Shown: positions 43,380-57,396 of the stretch, piece by piece | Position numbering within the stretch: the first letter of the stretch is position 1 | Layout of the letters: the number at the start of each line of letters is the position of its first letter | Assembly (NCBI RefSeq): GCF_009914755.1 | Contig: NC_060931.1 | Reading direction: 5' to 3' (one strand) | Length of the DNA: 64,000 bases | Origin: the human T2T-CHM13v2.0 reference genome, Homo sapiens | Notes under the pieces: generated by a model | What the model was told of the DNA's origin: nothing | The model's database searches: none | The model's input: the letters and a program-made list of their open reading frames with translations, nothing else | Program-made: the position numbers and the translations under genes

Positions 43380-44446
43380 TCTATGAATTTTGTAAAATTG
43401 TTCAGAGTTGTAATTATTATCTTTGTTGTAGGTTTTAAGGAAAAGGATCAACTCTTCGTTATTTTCATCTCTGTATTTAGCTAAGTTTATGTCCAATGGG
43501 GTAATTCTAACCATATTTTAAGATACTGCCAGCGTAGATTGTCTCTGTTACCACCGGATGCCTCTGGAGAATGCTGCATGCATCAAAATCAAGCAGTAAG
43601 GATGAAAAAATCTGCTCTTTCCTGAACTGACCAGCCTTCCCTGACTGTGCACACTGATTTTATCTCAATACAGTCCACAGGCTTTTGTCTTTCTATGAGC
43701 TTTTCCTTCTATAATAAGAATAGGAATAGAAAATGACCACTAAGTTCTCCATCTTCCATCCCATGCCTCAGCCAAGGCAAGAAAGAGTGAAATAACTGCT
43801 AAGCTATTATAAATAACTATCTCCTGTAAAATCATGAACATAGAGTGTATGTCAGAGATGTTGGAATCCTGCATCCTTAATGTTTAATGGTGTTTCCTAC
43901 AAATGTTCCCTGAGTATTCCCAGTTTGGTGATATAGTCCAAGCTGCAGAGGGAAAGGATGTAACCTGATATTCATATTCAGTTTTCCACCTGATTTCTTT
44001 GGGGATTCACCTCATTTCCTCAAGTCCTGCTAATGTGTACGGTGGTAATTCCAGCATTCTCTCCTCGGAATATCAACAATGACAGTTTCTTAATTGCTCT
44101 CAGTGGATTTTATGTAGGATAGACAGTGAGGTTTGACCACTTGATTCATTTGAAATGAGCAATACTTCCACCTTGACATGATATCATATACTTGGTATTT
44201 TCATGATTTATTGGTGGCCTGGACCAATATACTTTGGGTCAAAAGGTGTGATTTAAGGAATTCAACCTAAGAATAGTAGGCCAGCTCATTCTCAGTCATT
44301 ATGTGATTTGTTGGAATATTGTGAAGTTCCGTTGATAAATAAATTGATGAAAACCTTTTTTCTTACCATGTAACCACATACTGCTTTGCACCAATGATTG
44401 GGCACAAATATAAACATATTGCTGCACAGTAGGTAATTCAATATCA

Positions 44447-44449
<3 letters not shown>

Positions 44450-44495
<46 letters not shown>

Positions 44496-44509
44496 GAGAG
44501 AGAGAGAGA
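44450..44509. repeat. Compound microsatellite (TG)18(TA)5(GA)7
   Basis: Read directly from the sequence. Confidence 0.96.
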
Positions 44510-44657
44510 CACTTTTATCCATTTAGGAAGACAAACATATTCATAACTATGTTTTCCATTAAAGTATGTTTTCCATTAAAATGTACTAAATAGGAGAGTA
44601 CCTTCCTGTGTTTCCCTGTTTTATCCAAATTCTCAGTGTTTTTAAAGATCCCATTCT

Positions 44658-44882
<225 letters not shown>

Positions 44883-45644
44883 TTATTCTTATATTGATTA
44901 ATGTATTCTTCCTCAAAATTATATTACTTTCTGACTCAATATCATACAAACCGGCACTTATCACATCTTGAAATTTCCCGAAGCTAACACGTGTCTAACC
45001 TGTTTCCCATATTATGTTTTAAGTTTAAAAAGATTGTCTGCCGACTGAAAAAGTTTATGTCAAAACTACAGAAAAGAGCCATTTCTTCCATTTCTCTAAA
45101 ACATAGCCCTGTGTCATCTCTGCTTTTCCACCCACCCCTACCCCAACACTCATCCTACTTACCTTCCTCTGGCATTCACAGAGGGCTGAGTTTCTAGTAG
45201 ATGTTAATCAAATTCTTTGCATGTGATTGCTCAGTCTCTTTTAACTTGAAAAGGGGAAGGCAGTGTAATAGAACACAGGAAGGAGCTGTTCATAGGTTCA
45301 GAAGTCACTCTTGGATTTTCAATATTTGTGTTTCATTCCTTAGAAAGTGCTGTCAGTTCCCTCTTTGAGGAGCTCTCTGAAACAACAAAGGGACCTGTCA
45401 TTTGTGCATACCCCCGACTGGCACCTTTGAAATGTTATCCAGTCTTGCTACCTACCATTTCTGATTTGTCTGACGTTGACATGTACACACCCTGGAGCAG
45501 GTCTGTTGACTTCACTCAGGCTTATGGAATATTGCATACATCCACCGTACTCCATAAATAACTAATAGTGTGAAGCAGAGATCAGATCAACTGACAGACT
45601 TTGTAGAATGTAATCTCTGGTAACACTGACTTTAAGAGGCAATG

Positions 45645-45685
45645 AGTGTGTGTGTGTGTGTGTATGTGTGTGAGTATATATATAT
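45645..45685. repeat. (TG)n/(TA)n simple repeat
   Basis: gtgtgtgtgtgtgtgtgtgtatgtgtgtgagtatatatata. Confidence 0.9.
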
Positions 45686-46776
45686 TCCCATAGGCTAGCA
45701 AATGAAAACTGACAGTGAACTTTTCCTCTAGCTCTGATAGAGTGACTGGCATTGGGCATTTCCTCCTGGCATAAACAACTCTAAAGCTGGTAAAATGTGC
45801 ATGACAAATGTTTTAAGGCATTAAACAACAGGCAGCACAGAACTGTAATTCTTGAGAGAAAGGAAACATAAGAGGTGAGGCTCCGTTTGCCCCAGTGCTC
45901 TGCCTGGGACCGTTTCCTGCACATCTCCAGCAGAACTGTGGCCTCACTGACCTGAGGAGGAGATTGGAGCTGTGGTCTCAGAAGCAGCTGAGATTTGGGG
46001 AGCCAAGTGCAAGAGCAGAAGCTGAGGACAAGGGTTTCCAGAAGTCTTGATGAAGACTCATTGCTGGTTTTTGGCTGAAGGCTGCCCACACCATGGCAGG
46101 CAGTACACAGGGCCTAGCAGTGGTTGCCTTCTGCAGGGCTGGGAATGAATGAAGGCATTATTGCTATGCACCACCAGGAGATGCTGGAGCTCCAGCTCAG
46201 CCAGAATGGAGAGAACTCATTGAGCATCTCAGTCAGGCATTCAGTTGAAACCTCAGAAAGTCCACACCATAGCAGTAAAAGCTATACCCTCAAATAAGGG
46301 CCACACCTTAGCCCATAACTAGAATAAGTTCATGTCCATGAAAGGAAAGACATGAAGCCTGGTATGACCAAAAAGATCAGTTGGTAATTTCCCTGCTGCC
46401 AAAACAAAACTCAGAGCACTTCTAATTTAAAAAGAGATTATCTAGAATCATGAAAACATTTTGTCTATAGTATCCAGAATAAAATTTTTTAAAAAAATTG
46501 CTAGAGTTTCAAAGAAACATGAATATAAGACCCATGATCAAGGAAAACAACAGTCAATAGAAACAAGCCCTGAGATTAAATGCCTTTGATGTTGAAATTT
46601 TCAGACAAGGATTTTAAGGCAGTTATAAATATAGCCAAGGAATTAAAGGAAAACATGGTCATAATGAGTAAACAGAGGGAAAGTTGCAGTAGAGAAATTA
46701 TAACTGTAAAAAATAAAATTTTAGAACTGAAAATATGTAGTAGATGGGTATAATAATAGTTAAGAATGGCAGAAGA

Positions 46777-47072
46777 GGCCGGGGCACAGTGGCTCGTGCC
46801 TGTAATCCCAGCACTTTGGGAGGCCAAGGTGGGCAGATCACGAGGTCAGGAGATTGAGACCATCCTGGCTAACACACTGAAACCCCGTCTCTACTAAAAG
46901 TACAAAAAATTAGCCGGGCATGGTGGCGGGTGCCTGTAGTCCCAGCTACTCAGGAGGCTGAGGCAGGAGAATGATGTGAACCCAGGAGGCCAGAGCTTGC
47001 AGTGAGCCGAGATCACGCCACTGCACTCCAGCCTGGGCGACAGTGCAAGACTCCATCTCAAAAAAAAAAGAA
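46777..47072 (+). mobile_element. AluY-like
   Basis: Y diagnostics gatcacgaggtcaggagat, accatcctggctaacac, gtgaaccc, gagcttgcag; TSD aaga(a/g)tggcagaaga. Confidence 0.93.
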
Positions 47073-48215
47073 AAGAGTGGCAGAAGAAATGCTAGCCAAA
47101 CTGCAGGCAGATCAAGAGAATTATTTGACCTGAAAAGCAGAGATTAAAAAAAAAATCAAACAAACCGTATCTCAGTGAACTAGCAGGACAGCATCCATGT
47201 GGTCAAAATACATGTAAGTTGCGTCTCAACAGGACAGAGGAGAGAAAAAAATTGTAAAATAATAAAACTTTTCTAATATTTAGTGAAAAAAATTAAAATG
47301 CTTATTTTAAAATTTCAAGAAACCCCACTGGTATAAAAACAAAGAGAACCACTCCTATGCCCCAAGATAACCAAATTACTGAAAATCTAACCCAAAGAGA
47401 AAACTGTCAAAGCAGTTAGAGAGAAAAGACACGTTATATACAAGGAAACAGTTCTAATTAATAGTGGATTTCTTGTAAGAAGATGCAGAATAATATTTTA
47501 GAGTGCCAAAAGAAGAAAAAAATACAAATCTATTGACCCTAAATTTTATATAAAGCAAAAATATCCTCTACTGTGGGTAAAATAAAGACATTTTCAGATA
47601 AGTGAAAAACAATAAAATTAAGAGTCAGCAGACCTATACTGCAAGACATATTCAAAAGAAGCTTTCAGAGGAAAGAAAATGAAACCAGAAAATGATAATT
47701 ACAGTATGACATGAAGGATACCAAAAATAGTAAATATGCTAATAATTAGAAAATCTATGTGTGTTTGTTTCTTAATTTTCTTGAAGACACCTGACTGTAA
47801 AATGTATGACAATAACAACATAGAGGATACAAGTAACTGGAATTAAACTGTTATAAATGTTTTAAGTTTATGTAAATTGATATAATATTGACTGTATATA
47901 AACTATGAGTAGGTAAGGATGCACATTGTAATCCCTAGAGTAACAAATTAAAAAATAATGCAAAGAGGTATATCTAAAAACCTAATAAGGGAATTGAAAA
48001 TGGAAGGATAAAATTCTTTGATTATCCCCAGAGAAATTAGAACAAGAGGAATAGAGAAATAGAGATTAAATAGGATACACAGAAATATATGAGTATAGGA
48101 AACTTAAAACTAAACTTTTCAATAATTTCACTAGATGCAAATTAATTAAACATCCCCAGTGAATAATCAGTTTTAGATTTAAAAATTGAAGACATAACTG
48201 TATATCTAAAGGGAC

Positions 48216-48517
<302 letters not shown>

Positions 48518-48535
48518 TACAAGGGACTCACTTTA

Positions 48536-49011
<476 letters not shown>

Positions 49012-50266
49012 TTATTAGAAAGATATAAACATCTATGTATATAGTAGCTGAGCTTTGAAATACCTGAAGTAAAAAACTGACAGAACTCAATAAATTCGCA
49101 GATATTTGGATATTCTAACATTCTCACTCAGTAACTGTTAGAACAATTAGGCATAATTTCAGTAAGTATATAGAATTAAGAACATAGTCATTGTGACTTA
49201 ATTGACATTTACAGATTACTCCAATAATTGCAGAATATATATTTTTAAAGTGCAAGTAGAACTCACATTATGTTGACACATAATATAACAAGTATTAAAT
49301 CTTAAAGATTATGTCCTTTAACCACAAGAAAATTAAATTAGAAATCCAAAACAATAAGATATTTAGAAAAAGCATAACATGTTTAGAAAATAAGCAGTAC
49401 TCTCCTAACTCATGGGTCAAAGAAAGTACAGGGGTAAGTTAATACATATTTTAAGCTAAACTGTAATAAAAGAACAATATGTCAAGGCTTTCTGGATACA
49501 GCTAAAGTAGTGCTTGTTGAGAAATTAAAGCGTTCATTGTTTAAATAGGGAAAAAAAGGATAAAATCAATTATTTAAATTTTTTCTTCAAGAAGTTGGAA
49601 AAAGAAATACAAAACCTCTAGAAAGTAGAGAAGAAAATGTGAAAGAAAAAATAAAATAGAAAACTGACAAATAATGGTGACAACTTACATAAATGAAGAG
49701 ATTCGATATTATCAAGATATCAGTTCTCCAGCAATTGATTTATGGGATTAATACAAGGTCAACGAAAATTCCAACAAGGTGGTAGAAATTGACAAGCAGA
49801 TTCTAAAATTTGCATAGGAATTAAGTGATCCTAGAATAGCTGAAACAGTCTTGAAAAAAAGAACAAATTTCAATAACTTCCACAACCTATTTTCAAGATT
49901 TACTATGAAGTTACAGCAATAAAGTGTGGCATTAGCATAAGAAAAGACAAATAATCAACGGAACTCATTTCTGAAGAGTCCAGAATTAGACATACACATA
50001 TACAACCATTGATTTTTGATAAAGTAGGAAGGCCTAGATGAAATTATGGGGAAAAATGAACTTTAACCTCTACCTCACAATAATTAATTTTAGATGGATC
50101 ATATATCTAAATATAAAAGCTAAAACTAGGAAGCATGTGGAAGAAAATAATGGAAAATGTTACAACTTTTGTGCTGGTAAAGACTTCTCAAGTAGAACCG
50201 AAAAAGTTCCTACCATAAAAAAATTGATCAATTGGACTTTATCAAAATAAAAATTTCTGCTCATCA

Positions 50267-50653
<387 letters not shown>

Positions 50654-51172
50654 CTACAATATATAAATATTCCTACAAATCAATAATTTATAATGGACAA
50701 AAGACTTGAACAGGCACTTTACCAAAGAAGATATCTAAATGGTCAATAAGCACATGAAATGGTGCCTAAAATTATTACTCACCAGGAAATGCCAGCTAAA
50801 ACCATACTGAGGGAACATTTTAAAACCCACTGGAATGGTTATAATCAAAAAGGTTGACAGCACCAAATATTGGCAGGGATGTAAAACAACACAAACGCTC
50901 ATACATTCTTGGTGGGAGAGAGCTCTACAACAAGTACAACTACTTGGATAATTGTTTGAAAGTTTCTTCTAAAGCCCAGTATATAGTGCCCGACTGCAGT
51001 CTACTGCACTCTTAGGTATTTACCCAACAGCAATGAAAACATGTCCATGAAAAGACTTGTACAGGAAAGTTTATAGCAGCCCTACTCATAATACCTTCAA
51101 ACTAGAAAGAAGCCAGGTATCTTTCAACCAGATAATAAATAATTGTGATCTATTCATACAGTGAACTGTTAT

Positions 51173-51536
51173 TGTGTTAGTCGGTTTGGGCTGCTATATA
51201 ACAAAGTGCCATAGACTGGGTGGCTTATAAACAAAAGAAATGTATTTCTCACCATTTCGTAGGCTGGAAGTTCGAGACCAGGGTGTCAGCATGGTTGGGT
51301 TCTGATGAGGGCCCTCTACCAGGTTGTAGGCTGCCTTCTCACGGTGTTCTCACATGGCAGAAAGAGGGCAAGAGAGCTCTCTGGGGCCCCTTTGTAAGTG
51401 CACTCATCCCATTCACAAAGGCTCCCCCTCCTTGATCTAACAGCTTTCAAAGACCCCACCTCCAAATACCATCACAATGGGGGTTAGGACTTTAACCTAG
51501 GAATTTTGATGGGGCACAAACTTTCAGACCATTAAA
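51173..51536 (-). mobile_element. MLT1A/A0-type MaLR solo LTR inserted in the L1
   Basis: tgtgttagtcggtttgggctgctat...ccatagactgggtggcttataaaca...ccccacctccaaataccatcac...ttcagaccat. Confidence 0.9.
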
Positions 51537-51847
51537 GTGAACAAGAAAGAAGGCTGCGCTTCTAATACATGTCACAACAGGGATGAGTCTTAGACGTGAA
51601 TTTCACACCTGGCATGAAGGAAGCCAGGCAAAAAGGACGTGCTCTGTAATTCAGTATGTAAGAAGCCCCAGAGCAGGGAGAGAAGTCAGAACAGTGATTA
51701 TTATGGGAGGGTGGGGGTGGAATTGACTTGTCAGGGGAAATCACATACATTGGGAAATGAGAAAATGTCTTCTGTCTTAATTGGAATATATACATTTGAG
51801 GGTATGCACCAAATGATCATGTATGTTTGTCAAAAGTCATTGAATTA

Positions 51848-52182
<335 letters not shown>

Positions 52183-53105
52183 TCAATGTATATAAATTTT
52201 ACTTCAAGGAAAGAAAAAGGGGACATGTCTTGGCATGTGCCTCCTTTCTTAAGCCTATTAATTATAAAACTGGGTTACCCAGATCCTAGAATATGGCTAT
52301 GAATAGGGTAGCTGTAAGAGCCATAGATAAGAATCTGGGGACTTACGGGTGTTGAAAACTCACGGTGGGGCTGACAATGATTATAATCTGCTTTTTTGTT
52401 ACCATTTCAGATTATGACAAAGCACTGGTGTTCATCAGGAAACTAATGGGAGTAAAGGGTAAATAGCTTAGTCAAAAATGCAGCTCTCTCTTTCAACATA
52501 TTAGCAGGAGGCCATTTTCTGGTTTTGTGCGTCAAGCACAAAGACAAGCATCCTATTTGTTTTTAGAAATCACATCTAACTTTCTTTAGGAAAGGAACTT
52601 TAATTTTATAGCGAATGAAAAATATCAATTAACCTATTAATTAACCCGGAGAAACTATTAGCCTGGGAGATAATAAAATTGCTTTTGAAAAGATTACCTG
52701 ACAACTGCACAAATAATTACTCTTGCAAACATCCGGTGTTCTGCCTTTCTCTCTAAGATACTTGAGAGAGTTTAAATATCAAAGAATCCTGATTATTTCA
52801 TGAGTATTTTCTTCAGCTGTTATAAAAATCATGCTTCAGTGTTTCAGGGATTTTGTTTTGTGCTTGTCTTGGCAGTGGGGAGGAGGGGAGCTTTTGTGTG
52901 ATTCCAGGTAAAAGTATGCTACTCACAGCCTTTTGTAGGTCATGGCTTCTTGAGAATGTGTACAATGCCACGGAGCCTGTCCCCAGATGCATTTCCATGT
53001 GACTATACACATATGCACACAATCTTGCATATGATTTCAGAAGCTTGGTGGGCTGCTAGAATTTTGTCTCAGATCCTCTAGAGTCTAGATGATGGAGGCT
53101 GGATG

Positions 53106-53564
53106 TAAGGGAGGAGACCACCCTTCATACTGTCTTATGCCCAATTTCTGCCTCCAAAGAAAGAAGAAGTAAAAACTAAAAGGCAGAAATGAAATCCACA
53201 GGCAGACAGCCTGGTACCACACCCGGGGCCTGGTAGTTAAAAATCGACCCCTGACCTAATCGGTTATGTTATCTATAGATTACAGACATTGTGAAAATGC
53301 ACTGTGAAAATCCCTGTCCTGTTCTGTTCCGTTCTAATTACCGGTGCATGCAGCCCCCAGTCACATACCCCCTGCTTGCTCAATTGATCACGACCCTCTC
53401 AAGCGGACTCCCTTAGAGTTGTGAGCCCTTAAAAGGGACAGGAATTGCTCACTCGGGAGCTTGGTTTTTGAGACGTGAGTCTTGCTGATGCTCCCAGCCG
53501 AATAAAGCCCTTCCTTCTTCAACTCGGTGTCTGAGGGGTTTTGTCTGTGGCTCGTCCTGCTACA
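53106..53564 (+). mobile_element. LTR2-family (HERV-E/Harlequin, ERV1) solo LTR
   Basis: taagggaggagaccaccc...gtcttatgcccaatttctgcctccaaagaaag...cccttaaaagggacaggaattgctcactcggg...aataaa (53501)...ctcgtcctgctaca; perfect 4-bp TSD GATG. Confidence 0.94.
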
Positions 53565-54269
53565 GATGGGCAGCCTTGGTTCTCATTTTTCATGCCATCT
53601 CCTCTAATGGAAACAGGAATGATCTCCCCATGTCAACACCTGCAGTGTGGGCCTGCATTTGGGAGGGCGTGTGGGTGCGTGCGCTGGGGCTGGCTACTGG
53701 TGTGCATTGCCCAGAGAGTTTATCTCAGAAGTCTTTGACAAAGGCACGGTTGGCTTCATTTTCTGTCTGTGAATTCAAGTAGGAGACAAATGGATTTCCT
53801 TACTTTTTCTGATCCTGTGTAGGAACTATAGAAAAATGGGTGTTTCTCCCTAGTTAGAAAGAAATGCTTTTCCCAAAGATGAATTCAGACAGCTTTATTT
53901 AATGGAAAAAAATGTCTTGCCTGTTTCTAAATGCATTCTTCCCTGGTGGCTTATACCTGGCAAAGAGAAAAATTAGTCTCTTGACTGAATGAAGTCCCCG
54001 TCAAGACGAAGGAAAAGAGAGAAGTGAGAAAAGAGGCTAGAAGAGCCAGGATTGAAGGCATCGTGCTGGGGGTGGGGTGCGTGCTGAGGGTAATCGTTGC
54101 CTGGAGGCACATAGGCTAGTCCATCAGATCCAAAATTCCAAAGCTTGGCTGTGTAAAGAACAACATCTAGGAGTATTGAGAAGCAATGTGGGCAGTGCTG
54201 AGATTCAAAAGGGGCGTCCCTAGTCCCAAAGACGAGCCCCACCCAAGTGAATGGACTTCCCGAAATTAT

Positions 54270-54390
54270 GGTACCTGTCTGAGCCTCAGTTTCTCCATTT
54301 GTGGATGGGAATAATCACACAAAGTATTTTGCAGAGCAAATGAGAAAATGTTTATAAGAGTCTGGCTGACTGCGGGAATGCTGTTATTTT
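54270..54390 (+). mobile_element. MIR fragment
   Basis: tctgagcctcagtttctccatttgtggatgggaataat. Confidence 0.7.
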
Positions 54391-54696
54391 TGAGTTTCTC
54401 TTCCCTTAACGATCAAGAATAATTAGAGACTTATAGCAGCCTGGGAGAAAGTTATCAAAGAAAGGTGTACTGTATCTGCCCAAATTAACATTAGGATGTT
54501 TCACGGGAGCTACTTATTTCAGAGGAAGAGCTACAGATGGTTTGGAAGATGATGAGCTTTGGTGAATGCTATGCTCTGAGAATGATGGAAAAACAGATAT
54601 GGGAGAAACTAGCAAAGCCGTGAAGCCATTAAGGAACTGACCACCTAAAAGACAGAGTCAACAAGGCTGTGCAGGTCTCCTAGGGAGATAAGATGG

Positions 54697-55251
54697 CATA
54701 TTAGTCAGGGTTCTCTAGAGGGACAGAACTAATAGGATATATGCATATATAAAAGGGAGTTAATTAAGGAGAACTGACTCACACCATCACAAGATAAAGT
54801 CCCACGGTGGGCCATCTGCAAGTTGAGGAGCAAGGAAGCCAGTAGTGGCTCAGTTCGAGTCCCAAAACCTCAAAAGTAGGGAAACCGACAGTGCAGCCTT
54901 CAGTCTGTGGCCGAAGGCCCAAGAGCCACTGGTGTAAGTCTAAGAGTTCAAAAGCCAAAGAACTTGGAGTCTGATGTTTGAGGACAGGAAGCATCCAGCA
55001 TGGGAGAAAGATGAAGGCCGGAAGTCTCAGCAAGTCGGCTTCTCCCACCTTCTCCTGCCTGCCTTACTGTAGCCATGCTGGCAGTTGATTACATCCAATG
55101 GTGCCCACCCACATTGAGGGTGGGTCTACCTCTCCCAGTCCACTGACTCAAATGTTAATCTCCTTTGGCAGCACCCTCACAGACACACCCAGAAACAATA
55201 CTTTGCATCCTTCATTCCAGTCAAGCTGACAGTTAATATTAATCATTTACA
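54697..55251 (-). mobile_element. MLT2A2-type (HERV-L) solo LTR
   Basis: attagtcagggttctctagagggacagaactaatagga...ttggagtctgatgtt...ccactgactcaaatgttaatctcctttggca...aatactttgcatccttca; perfect 5-bp TSD GATGG. Confidence 0.93.
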
Positions 55252-55478
55252 GATGGAAATAGTGTGGTTCAAATAAGAACAAGAGCACCTTGTGAAATAA
55301 CATATGTAGAAGCCAAGGCTTGCAATGTACAGTCTAGCAGTGGCCTTTCATGGTAGAGAGACTCATTCTTGCATAAAAATGAAGATATTCAATTAACACA
55401 TCCTATTGGTTGTATTCTATAACAGGGTGAGCACATTTATTTACTTCAGCTAAATTGAAAATCATGGCCTCACAATGT

Positions 55479-55481
55479 CAC

Positions 55482-55516
<35 letters not shown>

Positions 55517-55518
55517 CG
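55479..55518. repeat. (TG)n plus CG-rich alternating purine-pyrimidine tract
   Basis: cacg(tg)11 cgcgcatgcgcacg: 40 bp strictly alternating. Confidence 0.92.
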
Positions 55519-56899
55519 GTGGTGGTGGTTGTGATGAAATGGAGGAAGAATATTTGAGATAAAGCTAATCTTTGATAAAATTCCTCCTGTTCAGTGGTGA
55601 ACCAGGATTGGAGACAGAGACCAGGGGAGCTGCCTTCCCAGGCAAGGAGGGCATTTGGTCACTCACCTTGTTTAGAACTGCTGGCTATGATACGAACACA
55701 AAGCAGACTGACCCTTAGTCAGATCTATTATTGTTTTAAATTCTCTATAGATAATGTACTGTCTTATTTCTCACCCCTGGGCAGACTGATCCCACCACCA
55801 ACCCTGTTCTACCTCCACCCCACACTGCCTCTGGGAATAGCATATGAACAAATGTCATTGTTAATTCCTGATCAGTTGTGGCTGTGTTATCAAAGCAGGA
55901 GAATCATTAGGATGTATGGATTATGGCAGCTTAAAAAAACAAAAACTACATGAGAGACTTAGATTTATGCTTGCAGAATGTCCAAATGAGTTGGAAAAGT
56001 AAGACTAACAAATCTAGAATAAAAGTGAATTGTCTTTGCCAATTTCACTGCCCCATGGGCAGAGTCAACAGCAACTACTGTCAAAATTGTTCTTGAGATC
56101 CATCTGTCCCTAGACATAACTATAAAAACCTTAACTCATGGGAAGAGTCTACGTGGCAGCTCCTTTGAAAGCTTTCCTTGCTGTTTAAGAGAAGTCTAGT
56201 CTGCCAGAATAAAAATAAAAATTTAAAAATCTCTACTAAGACAAATTAGAAGATAATGCAAGGAATATTGGGTAAACATGGAAAGAAGGGCTGCCTGTAA
56301 TAAGCAGTAAAATAATCTTAAACATTCTGTGCAGAGTAAACGCATGTATATACAATTAATTCCAAGGCCAAAGGGAGTGAGTGACATAGAGCGATCACAT
56401 CATTGTCTGAGGAACCATTCTCTGCCAAGAAAAAAGGCAACAGTCTCATATTCTTCTCTAGATTAGTTGACTGTGAAAAGAAAAGAGGGCAACAAGTCAG
56501 CTTCCCTTAGAGAGGTTGTTGGTGAGTGGGACATGTGTTAATGAGACACTTCACACCTTCCCTGGTAGGTACCTGGAGCAGGCTGAAATAAGCAAAAGTG
56601 AATGCAGGTGATACAGGTGTGGGGGGTGAGGGGACAGTCTTCCCTACCTGCAGGGGAAAGCCTGTCAAGAAAGCCCTTGCAGCAAGAAGGTACTCAAATT
56701 AAATAATGCTTGATACATACTACCTACACACTAACCTTATGGATTAGTATTTTTAAAAGTCTCACCTTTGCATCCTGTTTGTGAGTTAGAAATGACTTGA
56801 CTAGACGTGATTTCACATATCACGATTTTTAAAAATATTTGCAATTTTCTAAGAATATGTATATGACTAAACTTATATGGTATAAACCATACTGGTAAA

Positions 56900-56958
56900 C
56901 ATGATGATGATGATGAAGATAATGATGATTGATGATGACAATGATGATAATAATAATG
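56900..56958. repeat. (GAT)n/(AAT)n imperfect simple repeat
   Basis: atgatgatgatgatgaagataatgatgattgatgatgacaatgatgataataataat. Confidence 0.85.
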
Positions 56959-57008
56959 TGCTCTCTAGAAAAAGGAACAATATTCCAGATATTTTAACAT
57001 ACTGCTAC

Positions 57009-57396
57009 TGAATTAGTCCATTCTCACACTGTGATAACTACCTGAGACTGGATAATTTATGAAGAAAAGAGGTTTAATTGAGTCACAGATCCACAGGCTT
57101 AACAGGAAGCATGGCCAGGGGGCCTTAGGAAACACAATTATGGTGGGAGGTAAAGGGGAAGCAACTGTGTCTTCACATGGTGGCAGGTGAGAGGGAGAGC
57201 GAGAGAGAGCAAGCGCAAAGCAGGAGGTGCTGCAAACTTTAAAGCAACCAGGTCTCATGAAAACTCACTATCACAAGAACGGCAAGAAGGAAGTCTGTCT
57301 TGATGATTCAGTCACCTCCCGCCGGGCCCCTCTTCTAACGCATAGGGATTACAATTTGATGAAATTTGGGTGGGGACACACAGCCAAACTGTATCA
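57009..57396 (-). mobile_element. THE1D-type MaLR solo LTR, inserted in a MIR
   Basis: attagtccattctcacactg...cctgagactgg...aggaagcatggc...atttgggtggggacacacagccaaactgtatca; a MIR core resumes after 57400. Confidence 0.92.

Noticed and set aside
55667-55929. Minus-strand donor AAG|gtgagt at 55666 with a possible acceptor near 55930
   Set aside because: The acceptor pairing is arbitrary; isolated strong donors (also at 20290, 35279, 35331) are expected by chance
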